A stretch of DNA of 64,000 nt, from assembly GCA_951406725.2 (NCBI GenBank), contig OX597819.1:105586001-105650000 (forward strand). Direction: 5' to 3'. The notes beneath the pieces were generated by a model. That model did not search any database and was not told where the DNA came from. It worked only from the letters and a program-made list of their open reading frames with translations. Source of the DNA: Octopus vulgaris (taxonomy: Eukaryota). A program made the translations under genes and the position numbers. How positions within the stretch are numbered: the stretch's first letter is position 1; every line of letters starts with the position of its first letter. This document shows, piece by piece, positions 1 to 14,559 of the stretch.

Positions 1-21
1 TTCTTCTGTTCGATAAAGTGT

Positions 22-170
22 TGCTGTGTGGTAAGAAGTTTGCTTCCCAGCTACGTGGATCCAGGTTCAGTTCGACTGCGTGGCACTTTGGGTAACTGTC
101 TTCTACTGTAGTCCCAGGCCGACCAAATCCTTGAGTGGATTTGATAAACAGAAACTGAAAGAAGCTCTCC

Positions 171-202
<32 letters not shown>

Positions 203-310
203 GTATATCTGTGTGTTTTGTGTTTGTCTCTCATCACAGCTTGACAATGGGTGTTGATTTGTTTATGCCACGTAACTTAGCAGTTCGGCATACGATATCG
301 ATACGAAAAA
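22..310 (+). mobile_element. tRNA-derived SINE (family A), interrupted by (TA)n
   Basis: Head tgtgtggtaagaagtttgcttccc...ggttcagttcgactgcgtggcactttggg with pol III A/B-box-like motifs; same sequence recurs at 4.5, 13.7, 33.7, 43.5 and 62 kb. Confidence 0.75.
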
Positions 311-322
311 TGCTCTCTCCCT

Positions 323-381
<59 letters not shown>

Positions 382-382
382 C

Positions 383-437
<55 letters not shown>

Positions 438-448
438 TATATACACAC

Positions 449-497
<49 letters not shown>

Positions 498-1229
498 GAT
501 ATATATATATATATATACATCTGTATAATAATCTGCTTGTTTGTTCGCCCGTCATACTTTAGTTAGTTAGAGAGCTGTTATTGGAGTGAGTGAGAGGTGG
601 AATTAAAGTGAGAGAGAGAGAGAGAGAGAGAGACAAGGAAGAGAAGCGTGAAGAAAGAAAAGAGGATGAAGTAGAGAAAAGTGATTAATATTAATACTCT
701 TAGGCCAAATGTGTCATATGGTCAGCTGAAAGTACAGGCGATGAACAAGAGAAAAAGATGGCGAGAGAAAAAGAGGGAGAGAGAAGTGTTAATGACGTGC
801 GGTGAGGTGGGTAAGGAACACTTATTACGTGGTTTAAAAGCGAGCAGAAGGAAAAGATGAAAAGAAAGAGATATGTTTAGAATACAGTATTTAGCAGAGA
901 GTGATGTTCTGGTGGTGAGATCAGAGAAAGGTAGATAGAGAGAGATGGACAGGTGAGGCAGTTATAGCAACCATTGCTTGATACATGCGCATAAGTGCAA
1001 TTATTTATTGTCTGTTTGTTTTTAAAAAATTGGTATTTTTTTATATGGATTAATTTAGCTTAAACTATGGATTCACAAGAAACACGGTTGCAAGCTGCCC
1101 GGAAAGGAGACACAGATATAGAGCACGGATCAGACAGGAACAGCGAGAAGATATAATAAAAAGAGAAAAAAAATACGGCATCGACGAAGACGTGAAGTAA
1201 TGAATGTAAACGAACGTCAAGTATGTTTA

Positions 1230-1365
1230 AAGGAAGCTAAACTATGAAAGCTTCGGTGAAGAAGTTCTTCGCTTTGAGGTACAAGAACTGGTATCAGCAT
1301 AGGATCAAAGAACTGGTAGAAAGGTGGTTTCAGACGGTGCTACTCGATGGTTCTACTCTGAATGC
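1230..1365 (+). pseudogene. mariner transposase C-terminal relic
   Basis: Translates VKKFF...KNWYQHRIKELVERW, resembling the mariner C-terminal FY..GI..LVERW segment. Confidence 0.45.
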
Positions 1366-1396
1366 TAGGCTGCTTTTATTGTATTTACGTATTTAT

Positions 1397-1700
1397 GCGC
1401 CCTTTTCAAGCCTAGCCAGGCTCATGGGCCCGGTTTCTCGGTTTCTATGGCGTAAGTGTTTCCCTCAGCTGGACGGGACGCCAGTCCATCGCAGCTTTAC
1501 TCAAGAAACAGGAAGAAAGAGTGAGGGAAAGTTGGCGCGAAAGAGTACAACATGGGTCGCCACAACCCCCTGCCGGAGGCTCGTGGAGCTTTAGGTGTTT
1601 TCGCTCAATAAACATGCACAACGCCCGGTCTGGAAATCGAAACCGCGATCCTATGACCGCGAGTCCACTGCCCTAACTGCTGGGCCATTGCGCTTCCACG
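1397..1700 (-). mobile_element. tRNA-derived SINE (family C)
   Basis: Reverse complement shares its head with 3642-3930 (gttagggcagtggactcgcggtcataggatcgcggtttcgattt). Confidence 0.7.
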
Positions 1701-2398
1701 CTTTTATTGTACCTTGACGGATAAAGCAGATAAGTTGCGAAAATACTGCACAATTTTTGATTCCACACGATATATTATATAGCTACAGAAACAATTACGT
1801 ACATCGATGCTCGCACATTCGTACACACACACATATTCGCACGTACCCACATACGCATGCACGCGCAAACACACGCACACACACACACACACACACACGC
1901 ACACAACACAAGCAGATATAGATACGCACGTGTACATATGCGCTTAAAATCCCATTCTGGCACACTCGTACACATGCACACACATAGGCAGACAAAACGC
2001 ATCTTAATTCATGTAGTTAAACCTATAATGCGTATACAGCTATAGAAAGTAAATGTATATATAAGCATGAAAAAAAAAAAAAAAACTTAATTGAGATAAG
2101 TACGAATATAGCGAAATTATAAATGAAAATATAAATTGAAAATAAATAATTTTGAAGCAAACATGAGTTTGAAAGCAATGAAGCATGATACATGAAGCAG
2201 TATAGACCAATACAGGAAAGAATCGGAAATGAAGATATGGTAGTTAGAGGGGATTTCACTGCAAAGGAAAATGTGCAATGCAGTATATACACGTATAGAC
2301 ACACTGTATAAAAATATGAATGCAAACATATACATACGTGTGGATGTTTGCACGTACTCATCTGTAACAACTCACACACACACATGCACACACACATA

Positions 2399-2444
<46 letters not shown>

Positions 2445-2484
2445 TACATATATATATATACATATATATACACACATATACATA

Positions 2485-2531
<47 letters not shown>

Positions 2532-2831
2532 GCATACATATATATAAATATACATATATACACGTATGCATATACATATTTAAATAGATATATGTATATA
2601 GGTATACATATGTAAATATATACATATATAGATACATGCATATATATATATATATATATATATATACGTGTATATGTTTATATATATATACACACATATA
2701 TATACATATATAAAACAGCATGGATGTATATAATACGTATGAATATGCATATATTTACATATGAATATGTGTAAATATACGTGAATATACAGATATGCAT
2801 ACATAAACATGTATGTATGCCTACACACATG

Positions 2832-2864
<33 letters not shown>

Positions 2865-3438
2865 CGTGGGCACGCACCTATTTAAATGCATATGTATTCA
2901 TTCATGCATTTTATGCTCATGGGCACTCGTACGTGCACATGTATAGATACACAAATATATATATCTGCACTTACATATATGGATGTGCGAATGCACTAAC
3001 ATATGCATACTAGGAAATAGCTATTCTACCATATGCATGCACATCCACCTCTATGCATGCGCACATGCAAATATACACGAGATCAATTTCCTCGTATATT
3101 CACTCAGTCATATTAAACTAAGATAACGTACTCTTTCAGTATCCTTTTAGATCCCTAGCAGCAAATTCTTATGAATAGATTTTGGGTATATTCCCTATGA
3201 AAAATTTTTTTTCCTTATATAAGTTTATATACACTAGCCATCATTATTATATTCTTCACTATCGTCGAAAAAATAGGAATTGTGAAACTCGAAGTAAGAG
3301 TTAGAGAACTTATAGGCTTCTGATAATTATAATGAATTATTGGAAACTCTTGATCTTCCTTTGAGTACTCTCATTTCTCTGTGCACACATTTTGTGCCAA
3401 AAATATGTATACATACACACATACATGTATATATGCAT

Positions 3439-3495
<57 letters not shown>

Positions 3496-3641
3496 TACCA
3501 ATTGGTGCTGAAAAGTTCCCAGCTTAATTACTAGAAGTATAGAACGATCATTTATGACCGCATTTTCTTTTTACCTCTTAATTTCTACGACTGTATTGAA
3601 TGTCCAGTTATGAGCATCATTTCATATATTTTTGTGTGTGT

Positions 3642-3930
3642 GTGGTTAGGGCAGCGGACTCGCGGTTGTAGGATCGCGGTTTCGATTCCCAGACCGGGCG
3701 TTGTGAGTGTTTATTGAGCGAAAACACCTAAAAGCTCCACGAAGCTCCGGCAGGGGGTGGTGATCCCTGCTGTACTCTTTCACTATTCTTTCTCTCACTC
3801 TTTCTTCTGTTGGCCTGCTCGCTTAGCCAGCGGGGTGGCGTCATTTGAAGGCTAAAACAATGCGAACACATTGTGACCAGCGATGTGTAGCAACATGTGA
3901 TGGTCTGGTCAGTCACGTGATCACGTGATA
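3642..3930 (+). mobile_element. tRNA-derived SINE (family C)
   Basis: gtggttagggcagcggactcgcgg...ggtttcgattccc tRNA-like head; related copies at 1.4, 29.1 and 45.3 kb. Confidence 0.75.
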
Positions 3931-4307
3931 TATATTGTACGGAAATAAATGCCAAAAGACTGTATTTTCAAATCCTTTATTCACTACATTAGCTTATATT
4001 CAAAATAAATTGTATTAAATAATGCCGGTCAAAAATGACCGCTATGGTCCTGGTATGAAGTAAGAAATGCTGGTTCTTCTAGCGTTAAGGGCATCGCGAA
4101 AGCCTGGCTGGAGGCCCAACCTTCCGAGTTCTTTTAGAGGGCTTAGAACAATTGAAGGACCGCTGCAATACATGTGTCAGTCTGAGAGAGGAACATGTTG
4201 AATAAGATCATAACTTATTGATCCTCCTGCAGTTTCTTTTTAGCCAAAGCCAAGAACTTTTCAGCACAACCCTCGTATACGCATGTAAATGTTTATGTAC
4301 GTATTTA

Positions 4308-4356
<49 letters not shown>

Positions 4357-4358
4357 GG

Positions 4359-4460
<102 letters not shown>

Positions 4461-4494
4461 CCTCGTTCAGAGATTTATTATTGCTTATATAAAT

Positions 4495-4810
4495 ATCTTT
4501 TATCTTCTATATGTTTCGGTCATTGGACTGCGGCGATGCTGGGGCGTTGCCTTGAAGGGTTTCAGTCGAACTAATCAACCCTAGTACTTATATTTAAAGT
4601 GCCACACTTATTCTATCGGTGTCTTGTGCCGAACCGCTAAGTTATATATACGACTAGCTTCTTTCAGTTTCTGCCAACCAAATCCACTCACAAACCTTTG
4701 GTCAACTCGGGGCTCTAGTAGAAGACAGCTGCCCTAGGTGCCACGCAGAAGGACTGAACCTGGAGCCATTTGGTTCGGAAGCAAACTACTTACCTTATAG
4801 CCACACTTGC
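4495..4810 (-). mobile_element. SINE family A
   Basis: Reverse complement of the head and tail seen at 33692-34118. Confidence 0.7.
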
Positions 4811-5155
4811 TCCAATGTATGTGTATGTGCACCCAGATCTACACTTATAACCTAGGAGCGAAATATAGGGTTTCTCGGTTGAATCCATTTTTATAAAACT
4901 TTTCCCAGTTGCTTTTCACACTATGGCAGCACCATTGTTATGTTTCCATCATTCTGTGTAACGTCCTTTCGCTTTTTTATTTATTTCAGATTCTGCAGGT
5001 TTTGGGTGAACCATGCTAATAGCTTTTGAATGAAAATAGCCCATTTTGATTTTTTCCCACAGAAAATGAAGGGTAATGATAAATATTAAGCATACATTGA
5101 GTATATATTTAACAGCAAACCATAATAATATCATAACATTTATTGATATAATGAA

Positions 5156-6145
5156 TTATTTAGCCCCATGAGCACCATTTCGACGGATAACCTCAAAAAT
5201 CCTATTAGTCATGGAATCTGTCAATTTCTTAATAGTAGCAGGTTGGACTGCCTCTGCTGCAGCTTTGATGGTCGTCTGTAAGACATCTTTCGACGTGAGA
5301 AGGCGTCCATCGGCATAAGCATCTTGTTTAATGATGGACCAAAGATTTTCGATAGGGTTGAGATCCGTAGATACTGGCGGCCACGCCATCAACCTTTCAC
5401 CTTGTATGTTGTAAGACCCTCGTAATGTTTGGGTAGTCTTAGCTGAGTGGGAGGGAGCGTTGTTATACGAGATTCCTTAGAAGTGATTGCGGTATGTCAC
5501 CTAGCCAGAGATCCAAGGCCTCCTTCAGGAGATTGCAGTAGGCGGCTGCGATCACTTTAACCACTTCAGGCACCTTCACTTGGTTAACAAGTCTGTCCCT
5601 GATGATAACAGTCCACCATGCTGTTGACGTGGTAAAGGTTGGTGACGCTCATCTTCAAAATAGACCTAACCATTTGCCCAACCGTCAGGTCCGTCAAGGG
5701 TCGCCCTGGTTTCCTCAGTGAACAGAACATAACTCATGCCTAACATCATATACTTTTGGGCCTATTGAAGTCTCAAACTCCCGTGACAGGATGTTAAAGG
5801 AAGCAGTTTCAAGGGTTCTCGCACAGAAGCCATGGTCCTGAGGATGCAATTTATGGTGGTTTTCGATTCATGAGGAAGTTCGGAGTCGGTGAAAATGGTT
5901 TTGCTTGTCTGTCCAGGTTTCCCACGAAACTTGCAACCAACATTCCTTAAATCCATAGCTGTTACAGTCTGGGAGGTCCCACAATCGGTTCGTTTCTTCC
6001 TTGGCGTAGGGTCCGTCAGAAATCGCCTAACCGTGTCCATATGACGACCTAAACTCTTCGCAATGACATGATGAGAGGTGCTTTTAGCACTTTACTTGAT
6101 AACGACAGACTTTTCTTCATCGTTAAGGCCTTTGCCATGTCCCAT
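5156..6145 (-). pseudogene. Tc1-family (DD34E) transposase pseudogene
   Basis: Motifs spread across frames: FTEETRATLDGPDGW, NAPSHSAK, WPPVSTDLNPIENLW; stops and frameshifts present. Confidence 0.85.
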
Positions 6146-6859
6146 TATATATGCATACACATACACACACATACACACACACACATTCCGACATGAGGTG
6201 GTTGAACGTAAATCGGTGTGTCGAACATACATATTCGTCGTAACGTGTTCCTTCAGACTATTTTATTAAGTTTTAAAATACAAGGCTGTTATATATTAAT
6301 GAAATTAAACCAAAGATAGCTACAGTCTCTATTTAAAATTATCTATCTAATTAAATAATTTTGGTTAGAAAAATATTTAAAGAAGTGTATTAGAAGTTCT
6401 ATTTAATATTCGGAGTTTTCATTTCAATTTAATATATTTGCAAAAATTACTTGTAATTATGCAATGCGAAGAATTTCAACTTTAATATGATTTCTATCTT
6501 TGGCACATTACCATATCTTTTATCAGAAAGGACCAGCCATTTAAAATCAATGTCAGAATTTTATCAGTATTTACTTTATAGAACACATAAGGAGGAAAGA
6601 CAAAACTGAATACTGATGGGATTTATATGCAGAAGATAAGAAAGCAAAATCAATTACCACAAGGCATTTTGTTCACCACTGAATAAATTCTACCAATCTA
6701 CCGCGCGGAACTGAGGAAAAAATAATGTCTGTACTTACAAAATCCTACCATGTTTGTTTTTCTAGTTCTATTCTTATATCCTCTATAAAACTACGATAAC
6801 TGGTAGATATTGTTCCAGCTATACGTTTATTAAATTATCATCATCATCAGCCAGCAGGT

Positions 6860-7400
6860 GCTCTACTTATGTTCCGGAGTCAGCTTGCCAAGTCTCTGCA
6901 GTTCCCTCAGTGTTGTGCTGCATGCATACAATCATTCAAGTTCTTGTTTCTAGTTTAGTGTTTCTTTAAGTCCTCAATCCATAAACGTCTTGATGGTCTC
7001 CTACTCTCTTCCCCTTCACATCTCCACACGGACTGGCTATATGATAGCTATGTGGAATTGATTCTCGATAATAGGTATCTTTGGGCTTCCAGATTTTCTA
7101 GTGCTGCAGCGTTTGTTATCCTGTCCTTCCAGTTTATTCCACCCAACTTGCAAAAGATCCACGTCTCAGAGATAACTATCTCCATTGCTCTGTACATTGT
7201 CCAAGTTTCTGACTCGTAGACGACAATTGACTAAAAGTAACAGTTTACTAGCCTCGATTTTTTGGTGCAGTGTTATGTTTTTTTGAGTTGAAAATCTTTT
7301 TCATTTTTATAAATGTTGCTTTATCCTTATTTAGTTTTGATTAACACAGCAACATTTCTGATTTATTATTCGTCCCAAAATTGTTTAATCTTCTGTCTAT
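6860..7400 (-). pseudogene. RTE-clade LINE 3' RT fragment (degenerate)
   Basis: Remnant YESETWT...WIFCKLGGINWKDRITN and GKRVGRP, typical of the RTE C-terminus. Confidence 0.55.
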
Positions 7401-7605
7401 CTACCTTTATACTAGCTTCCTTTTGTTTTGTCTTAATAAACATTCTACATGCCAACACCATTTGACTTATCTACTTAGCTATAGATTTAGCTGGTTGTCT
7501 AAATGCATGTCTTAATACATAAACAGTTGTAAGTGGATTTTTAATGATCCCTACATTAAATATATTAACCATTAATACCTATGTGTTAATACTAGTTGAT
7601 ACGCA

Positions 7606-7724
<119 letters not shown>

Positions 7725-7734
7725 CTAAAATTAA

Positions 7735-8289
7735 ATAATGAGGGTAGAAATAGATATTAATCAATTAAAACCAGTGGCTGGGCATATTTTAAAAAATCCG
7801 AAGATTAAGAATTATATTACATACAAAGTTAAGAGGAATGGCCGCCAACGTGGACATCTAATATGCTAAAGATATACTTCAAATCGCCTTACCACGAAGA
7901 GTGTGTTCTCAAGAAAAGTTTCAGAAAAACGCCAGAATGTAAAAATGAGCAAGACAAACGAAAATATACGAAATAAAAAACGATTACCTACGTACCAATG
8001 GTTTCATTTGTTAATATTTACGAATGTAAATATCTGCACGCTCATCAGCGTAGTCTGTCGCTTACAAAACACAATTTCCAGAAGCAGATACAGAACGCTC
8101 ACCCAAAAGAGAGTATGTATAAAGTTCTGCAAATTATATTTGGGGGTATTTTTCTTGCTCATTTTTATATTCTGGTGTTTTGCTGAAATTTTTCTTGAGA
8201 ACACACTTTTCGTGGTAAGGCGATTTGACGTCTATCTTTAGCATATTGGGTGTCGACCTTAGTGGTCATTCCTTTTAAATTTGTATGTA
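7735..8289 (-). mobile_element. short hammerhead-bearing PLE-like element with inverted end
   Basis: Imperfect inverted repeat 7818-7958 / 8149-8289 around a hammerhead core; flanked by (TATC)n and (TATG)n. Confidence 0.65.
7988..8053 (-). ncRNA. type I hammerhead ribozyme motif
   Basis: CUACG-CUGAUGA-stem II (AUAUUUAC/GUAAAUAU hairpin)-GAAA-CCAUUGG-UA-CGUAG; stem I CUACG/CGUAG is perfect, base of stem II is weak. Confidence 0.75.
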
Positions 8290-8344
8290 TGTATGTATGT
8301 ATGTATGTATGTATGTATGTATGTATGTATGTATGTATGTATCT

Positions 8345-8575
8345 TATTTCTTTATTACCCACAAGGGGCTAAACATAGATGGGACAAACAAGGACAGACA
8401 AGGGGATTAAGTCGATTACATCGACGCCAGTGCGTAACTGGTACTTATTTAATCGACCCCGAAATGATGAAAGGCAAAGTCGACCTCGGCGGAATTTGAA
8501 CTCAGAACGTAACGGCAAACGAAATACGGCTACGCATTTCGCCCGGCGTGCTAACGTTTCTGCCAGCTCGCTGCC
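8345..8575 (-). mobile_element. SINE family B (CORE-like), in (TATG)n
   Basis: gctggcagaaacgttagcacgccgggcg...gagttcaaattccgccgaggtcgactttgcctttcatc; also at 9.0-9.2 and 28.0-28.2 kb. Confidence 0.7.
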
Positions 8576-8595
8576 TCATAATGTATGTATGTATG

Positions 8596-8629
<34 letters not shown>

Positions 8630-9011
8630 TGTATGTATGTATGTATGTATGTATCTATCTATCTATTTATCCACCTCTCTCTCCGTTTCTCTACCTCTCA
8701 ACTCACATACATACATCCATACATACATACATACATACATACATACATACATACACGCACATACTGTTTCATTATAATCTGAAGCAAGTTAAAATCTCGG
8801 TACCTTCTGCCGCATGCTAAATTAGCGGTTGCTGATAAATATATAAGCCAGAAATGGAAAATTTCAGTGGATGGAATTTTAAATTCCTAACAACGTTGTC
8901 ACCTGTAGATTACAAATTTCTGCAATTTACTGTAAGAGTAAAAAGAGACAGAAAGAGAGAAGACGAAAAATGAAAAGAAGAGGAGGATATCGTGGAATGA
9001 GATAATAATAA

Positions 9012-9220
9012 TGGTTTAAAACTTTGGCACAAGGCCAGTGATTTCACAGGGAAAGACTAGTCAATTACATCGACCCCAGTGCTCAGCAGGTACTTATTTT
9101 ATGGACCTTGAAAAGATGAAAGGCAAAGTCAATCTCAGCGGGATTCGAACTCAGAACGTAAAGACGGATGAAATGCCGCTAAGCATTATGTCTGGCTAAT
9201 TATTCTGTCACCACGCCATT
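9012..9220 (-). mobile_element. SINE family B
   Basis: Homologous to 8345-8575. Confidence 0.65.
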
Positions 9221-9224
9221 TTTA

Positions 9225-9234
9225 TACTGCTACA

Positions 9235-9306
<72 letters not shown>

Positions 9307-9316
9307 ACTACTGCTG

Positions 9317-9360
<44 letters not shown>

Positions 9361-9367
9361 GCTGCTG

Positions 9368-9405
<38 letters not shown>

Positions 9406-9458
9406 GCTTCTGCTGCTGCTGCTACGACTACCGCTGCTACTACTACTACTGCTGCTAT

Positions 9459-9497
<39 letters not shown>

Positions 9498-9605
9498 CAT
9501 TACTACTACTACTACTACTACTAAGATGAAGATGGAGATGAAGAAGATCAGGATAATAAAAAAGAGGAGGAGGAGAAGAAGAAGAAGAAGAAGAAGAAGA
9601 AGAAA
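9225..9605. repeat. compound (CTA)n/(CTG)n/(AAG)n microsatellite
   Basis: Direct inspection; source of the poly-V/A ORF artefacts. Confidence 0.95.
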
Positions 9606-9723
9606 AAGAATTGCTAAATTGTTAATAAGGTTTTTCTTTCTAACTCCAACGGGGGTTTTAGATATGAAGATTAGAGGAAAAAATAAGAGGGAGAGGACGG
9701 GAGAGAAAGGGAGAGTGAAATAG

Positions 9724-9763
<40 letters not shown>

Positions 9764-10291
9764 AAGAGAAAGGAAAGAAAAAGATAGTGAAGGTGAGATA
9801 GAGATGTAGCGAAAGAGAGAAAAAGAGTGAGAAAGTGTGTGTGTATGTACGTGTGAGAGAGTGTGTATGCGCACGCGCGTGTATGTGTTTGAGAGAGAGA
9901 GAGAGAAAGAGAGAGCGAGAGTAAGAGAGAAAGAAAGATAACAATGAAAGGCAGAGACTGACTGGATAATGTGTTCATGTCAAAACTCAAGCAGTAAAGT
10001 CTTTGATGAAATGGTTGGAAAGTAAAGTTTATTGTTTTTATAACGTTTGTAGATTCTTAAAAAATAAAAATTAGGATGAAGTATGCAGCTTCTTGGTTGG
10101 TGGTTATAGATCGGAAAAACGATAGTTTTTTAATGGATGGGTTAGAGCGAAATAAAACTAAAGGGTTCGTCTTTAGCGTAAATCAATTTTAAAAATAATA
10201 CGTATGAATGATGACGATGATGATGATGACGATGATGATGATGACGATGATGATGATGACGATGATGATGATGACGATGATGATGATGATG

Positions 10292-10367
<76 letters not shown>

Positions 10368-10369
<2 letters not shown>

Positions 10370-10925
10370 GCCCTGATGCAGTACCAGGCAGTGGCTCTCA
10401 TGGCTTCTGATCTTAACTGATTGGAAGTGTCATCATGTACATTGTTTTGTCTTGGTATAAAAGATGGGCTACAGCAAATATTCTGCTCAATACCACAGAT
10501 TTGCTTGTCAGTTGTTTGACCTTAACCAGTTGAGAATGTCCCTTAGTGGCTGACAATACGTGCATCTCTGATCACGAGCAGAAGTAGTGGGGGAGCATCA
10601 TAGCCATGTGTTGAGAGGGATTCTTTGGAGTTTGAATAATTCACCTCTGGAAACATGGGTGTTTCGTTCAACATCCTAAAGCAACCCTTATTCAGGGACC
10701 TTTTGAGCAGGATGGGCTACTCGACCTGAAGAAAATTCAAACTGGGCCCCACCTGCAAGGTCATGTGCTGTTTATCTTGATATGAGATCACCATGTCGCG
10801 CACATATGGTTGTGATGCATGTGCCTGGTGTACCCTTATCAGACGGGTAGTCATGAGGGGTATGCTGGGCTTCGTATATTTTACCCCAGTGTCACTTTGA
10901 TGGCATGCACTGCTCTCTCACTCAA
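10368..10925. mobile_element. unclassified interspersed repeat flanked by (AAT)n, with a partial second copy at 10954-11060
   Basis: ccctgatgcagtaccaggcagtggctct occurs twice, each time after an (AAT)n tract. Confidence 0.55.
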
Positions 10926-11119
10926 TGATAATAATAATAATAATAATAAGGATTCCCTGATGCAGTACCAGGCAGTGGCTCTTGTGGCTTCTGATCTTAA
11001 GTGGATGGAAGTGTTATTACGTGCATTATTTTGTCTTGGAATAAAAGATGGGCTACAACAGTGCCAGGAGATCAACATATCATCATGAAAAAAAGAGAAA
11101 AGTTGATAAATCTGAACAC

Positions 11120-11215
11120 CTTAAGTCTCCCTAAGGAGCCTTGTCTACAGCATGCTGATAGAAGATTTATCAGCATGCTTTAGACTGCCACAAGGGCTCC
11201 TTAGGGAGACTTAAG
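11120..11215. mobile_element. TTAA-flanked mini foldback/MITE
   Basis: ttaagtctccctaaggagcc...ggctccttagggagacttaa plus inner agcatgctgata/tatcagcatgct. Confidence 0.6.
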
Positions 11216-11536
11216 TTAAACATGTGGTAATCCATACATACATGTTGAAATGCATGATACTAAAATACATATGTGCAGTTATATATAACCGTATGAGCGT
11301 ACATTGTTTGATACGAATGTATGTGTAGATGTATATGTGTGTGTGTAGGTGTGTGTATGTGTTGCGTGTTGTGTATATTAGTGTATATGTATATGCATGC
11401 ATATATGAGTATGTGTAGATATATGTATGTATTGTATATGTATGCATGTAAAAAAAAAGAAAATTTTTTCTGATACTGCATATGTCTGATAGACAAACAC
11501 ACACGCGTGCACACATACATTCATATAAATGTACAC

Positions 11537-11627
<91 letters not shown>

Positions 11628-11645
11628 GGTCTGTCTGTCTGTCTA

Positions 11646-11680
<35 letters not shown>

Positions 11681-11690
11681 GTCTGTATGC

Positions 11691-11752
<62 letters not shown>

Positions 11753-11793
11753 GTCTGTCTGTCTGTCTGTCTATCTGTCTATCTATCTGTCTG

Positions 11794-11880
<87 letters not shown>

Positions 11881-11925
11881 GTCTATCTATTTATCTATCT
11901 GTCTGTTTGTCTGTCTGTCTGACTG

Positions 11926-11969
<44 letters not shown>

Positions 11970-11999
11970 CCTATCTACCTACCTATCTCTCTCTCTCTC

Positions 12000-12065
<66 letters not shown>

Positions 12066-12904
12066 ATCCCTGGCCTGGCGGTGCTACCGAGAAGCGCTAC
12101 CCGTTCGGGATAAGCTCTATTGGCATGGCTCGAGAAACACGGGGCCGACCTGCCCGAGATGCGGGCAGAGCGACGAAACCGCTCTGCACGCAATCGTGCA
12201 GTGTCCAACAATCTCCGACCTCTGGGCTTATGTTGAACGACTGCTGTCACGTGTGGGACGTGTCGGTTTATCAGCCGAGTCTATCGTTAATATCGTCACG
12301 CCTCCTTCCTTCAAACGGGAAGGAAGAGCTATTTTTATCATACTTGTGGCTATGGCGAAAGAATGTATCTGGTGGACGCGCCTGAAAGGATTAGAGACAA
12401 ACACTTTCCTCTCTGATCAATCTCTCATCAACTTCTTCAAGTATCACTTGAAGAGGAAAGTGAGAGTAGAGAGGCAGGTTTTGTCTAGTGAATGTTTTAA
12501 AAAAAGATGGGTGAATGTAGCAAGGATGGCACGTATGAATGACGAAGCCACCTTGACTATGATTCTATGAACCGTAAAAATTTATACAGAGAGTTGCTTA
12601 TTTGCAAAAAAAAAAAAAAGAAATATAACATATGACTTCATTGACCAAGGTTACCGTGGTCTTTTCCGTAGGCTTTTCTTTCCACGGGTAAACCTCACCT
12701 GTCCTCCCCTTTACACTTCATATTGACATTTCTGTGATAACGATCCCTATTGATCAAATTTTTTTCCTTCCCCCACCTTTTTTTTTAAAAATTATATCCC
12801 CCCTTATTTTGTCCTCTTTCTTTCCATTTACGATCCCTTTTGAAAAGCTCTACCTTGTAATTTTGTCCTGTCTGTGTGCAGCCCTGTGTGGCTAATAAAG
12901 AAAC
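12066..12904 (+). mobile_element. 5'-truncated Tx1/L1-group LINE (C-terminal zinc knuckle + 3' UTR)
   Basis: Frame from 12067 reads [16 protein letters not shown]...TCPRCGQSDETALHAIVQCP (CCHC zf-RVT-like), open to 12570; AATAAA then (TATC)n at the 3' end. Confidence 0.8.
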
Positions 12905-12905
12905 A

Positions 12906-12984
<79 letters not shown>

Positions 12985-13461
12985 GTATCTATCTATCTAA
13001 CCATCTATCTACCTATCTCTAACTATTTGAATACATACACACACATACACAGACACATGCACACACAGAGGGAATATAAACATAATTATCATACTCAATA
13101 GGTTTTATTTATTTATCTAACAACATAATTTAAAAAATATGTATATCTCATATACATATTTATGATATATCGCATGACCTACATTTTCTTGCCTCTTTCA
13201 TATACTACTATTAATTTTCTTCGACCCAAGAGCGACCAGATTATCTGTATATACTTCCAGAAATTATTCCTAACACTTAAAATTCTATGGCATTTCTTTA
13301 TAATTATTTATCAATAAATAACACATTGGTTTCTGGAGGCTAGACCAATTAATAATATGAAGACGTTGTTTCTTTCAACATTTGCTTCAGGAAATATAAG
13401 ATTATATTTCGATAATAGGAAATGTTCTTTTGGATCCTTCTTTAGACAGAGCTTATATATA

Positions 13462-13492
<31 letters not shown>

Positions 13493-13576
13493 CATACATA
13501 CATACATACATACACACATACATACATACATACATACATACATACATGCATACATACATACATACACACACATATA

Positions 13577-14060
<484 letters not shown>

Positions 14061-14063
14061 AAG

Positions 14064-14122
<59 letters not shown>

Positions 14123-14189
14123 ATATTTATCATATATATTTAAGATGTCTATTTTTTTCTATCGGATCAGTCTGCGTATATTACGAGAG

Positions 14190-14470
14190 TGATTGGTGTA
14201 TTCGACTCACGATCGTAAGACCGTGATTTCGATTCCTGGCGGCCCGCTGTGTTCTTAAGCAAGCCACTTTATTTCACATTGTTTCAGTACATTCAGCTAA
14301 CGAAAATAGATAGTAACTGTATTTCATAGGGCCAGTCTTCTCACGCTGAGTTTCTCTGACGACTGCGTTAAGGGTACACGTGTCTTTGGAGTGCTTAGCC
14401 ACTTGTACGTTAATTTCAAGATGAGGTTGTTCCGCTGATCAGATCAATTGGAGTCATCGTCGTCGCAACT
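14190..14470 (+). mobile_element. tRNA-derived SINE (family D)
   Basis: Homologous (reverse complement) to 38019-38300 and 45105-45285. Confidence 0.6.
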
Positions 14471-14559
14471 TGGCTTTTATGAGGACTCAATTATGAGCGT
14501 AGATATGGTCGAGTGATCAATTATGTGAACCAAGGTTCGAGCTCACTGTGCGGAATCTT

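Noticed and set aside
211-2891. Many YI/CV/HT-repeat ORFs here and throughout the window
   Set aside because: Translations of (TA)n, (CA)n, (TATC)n, (TATG)n and (CTA)n microsatellites; no coding signal
3642-3720. tRNA genes at SINE heads
   Set aside because: No complete cloverleaf; they continue into SINE bodies
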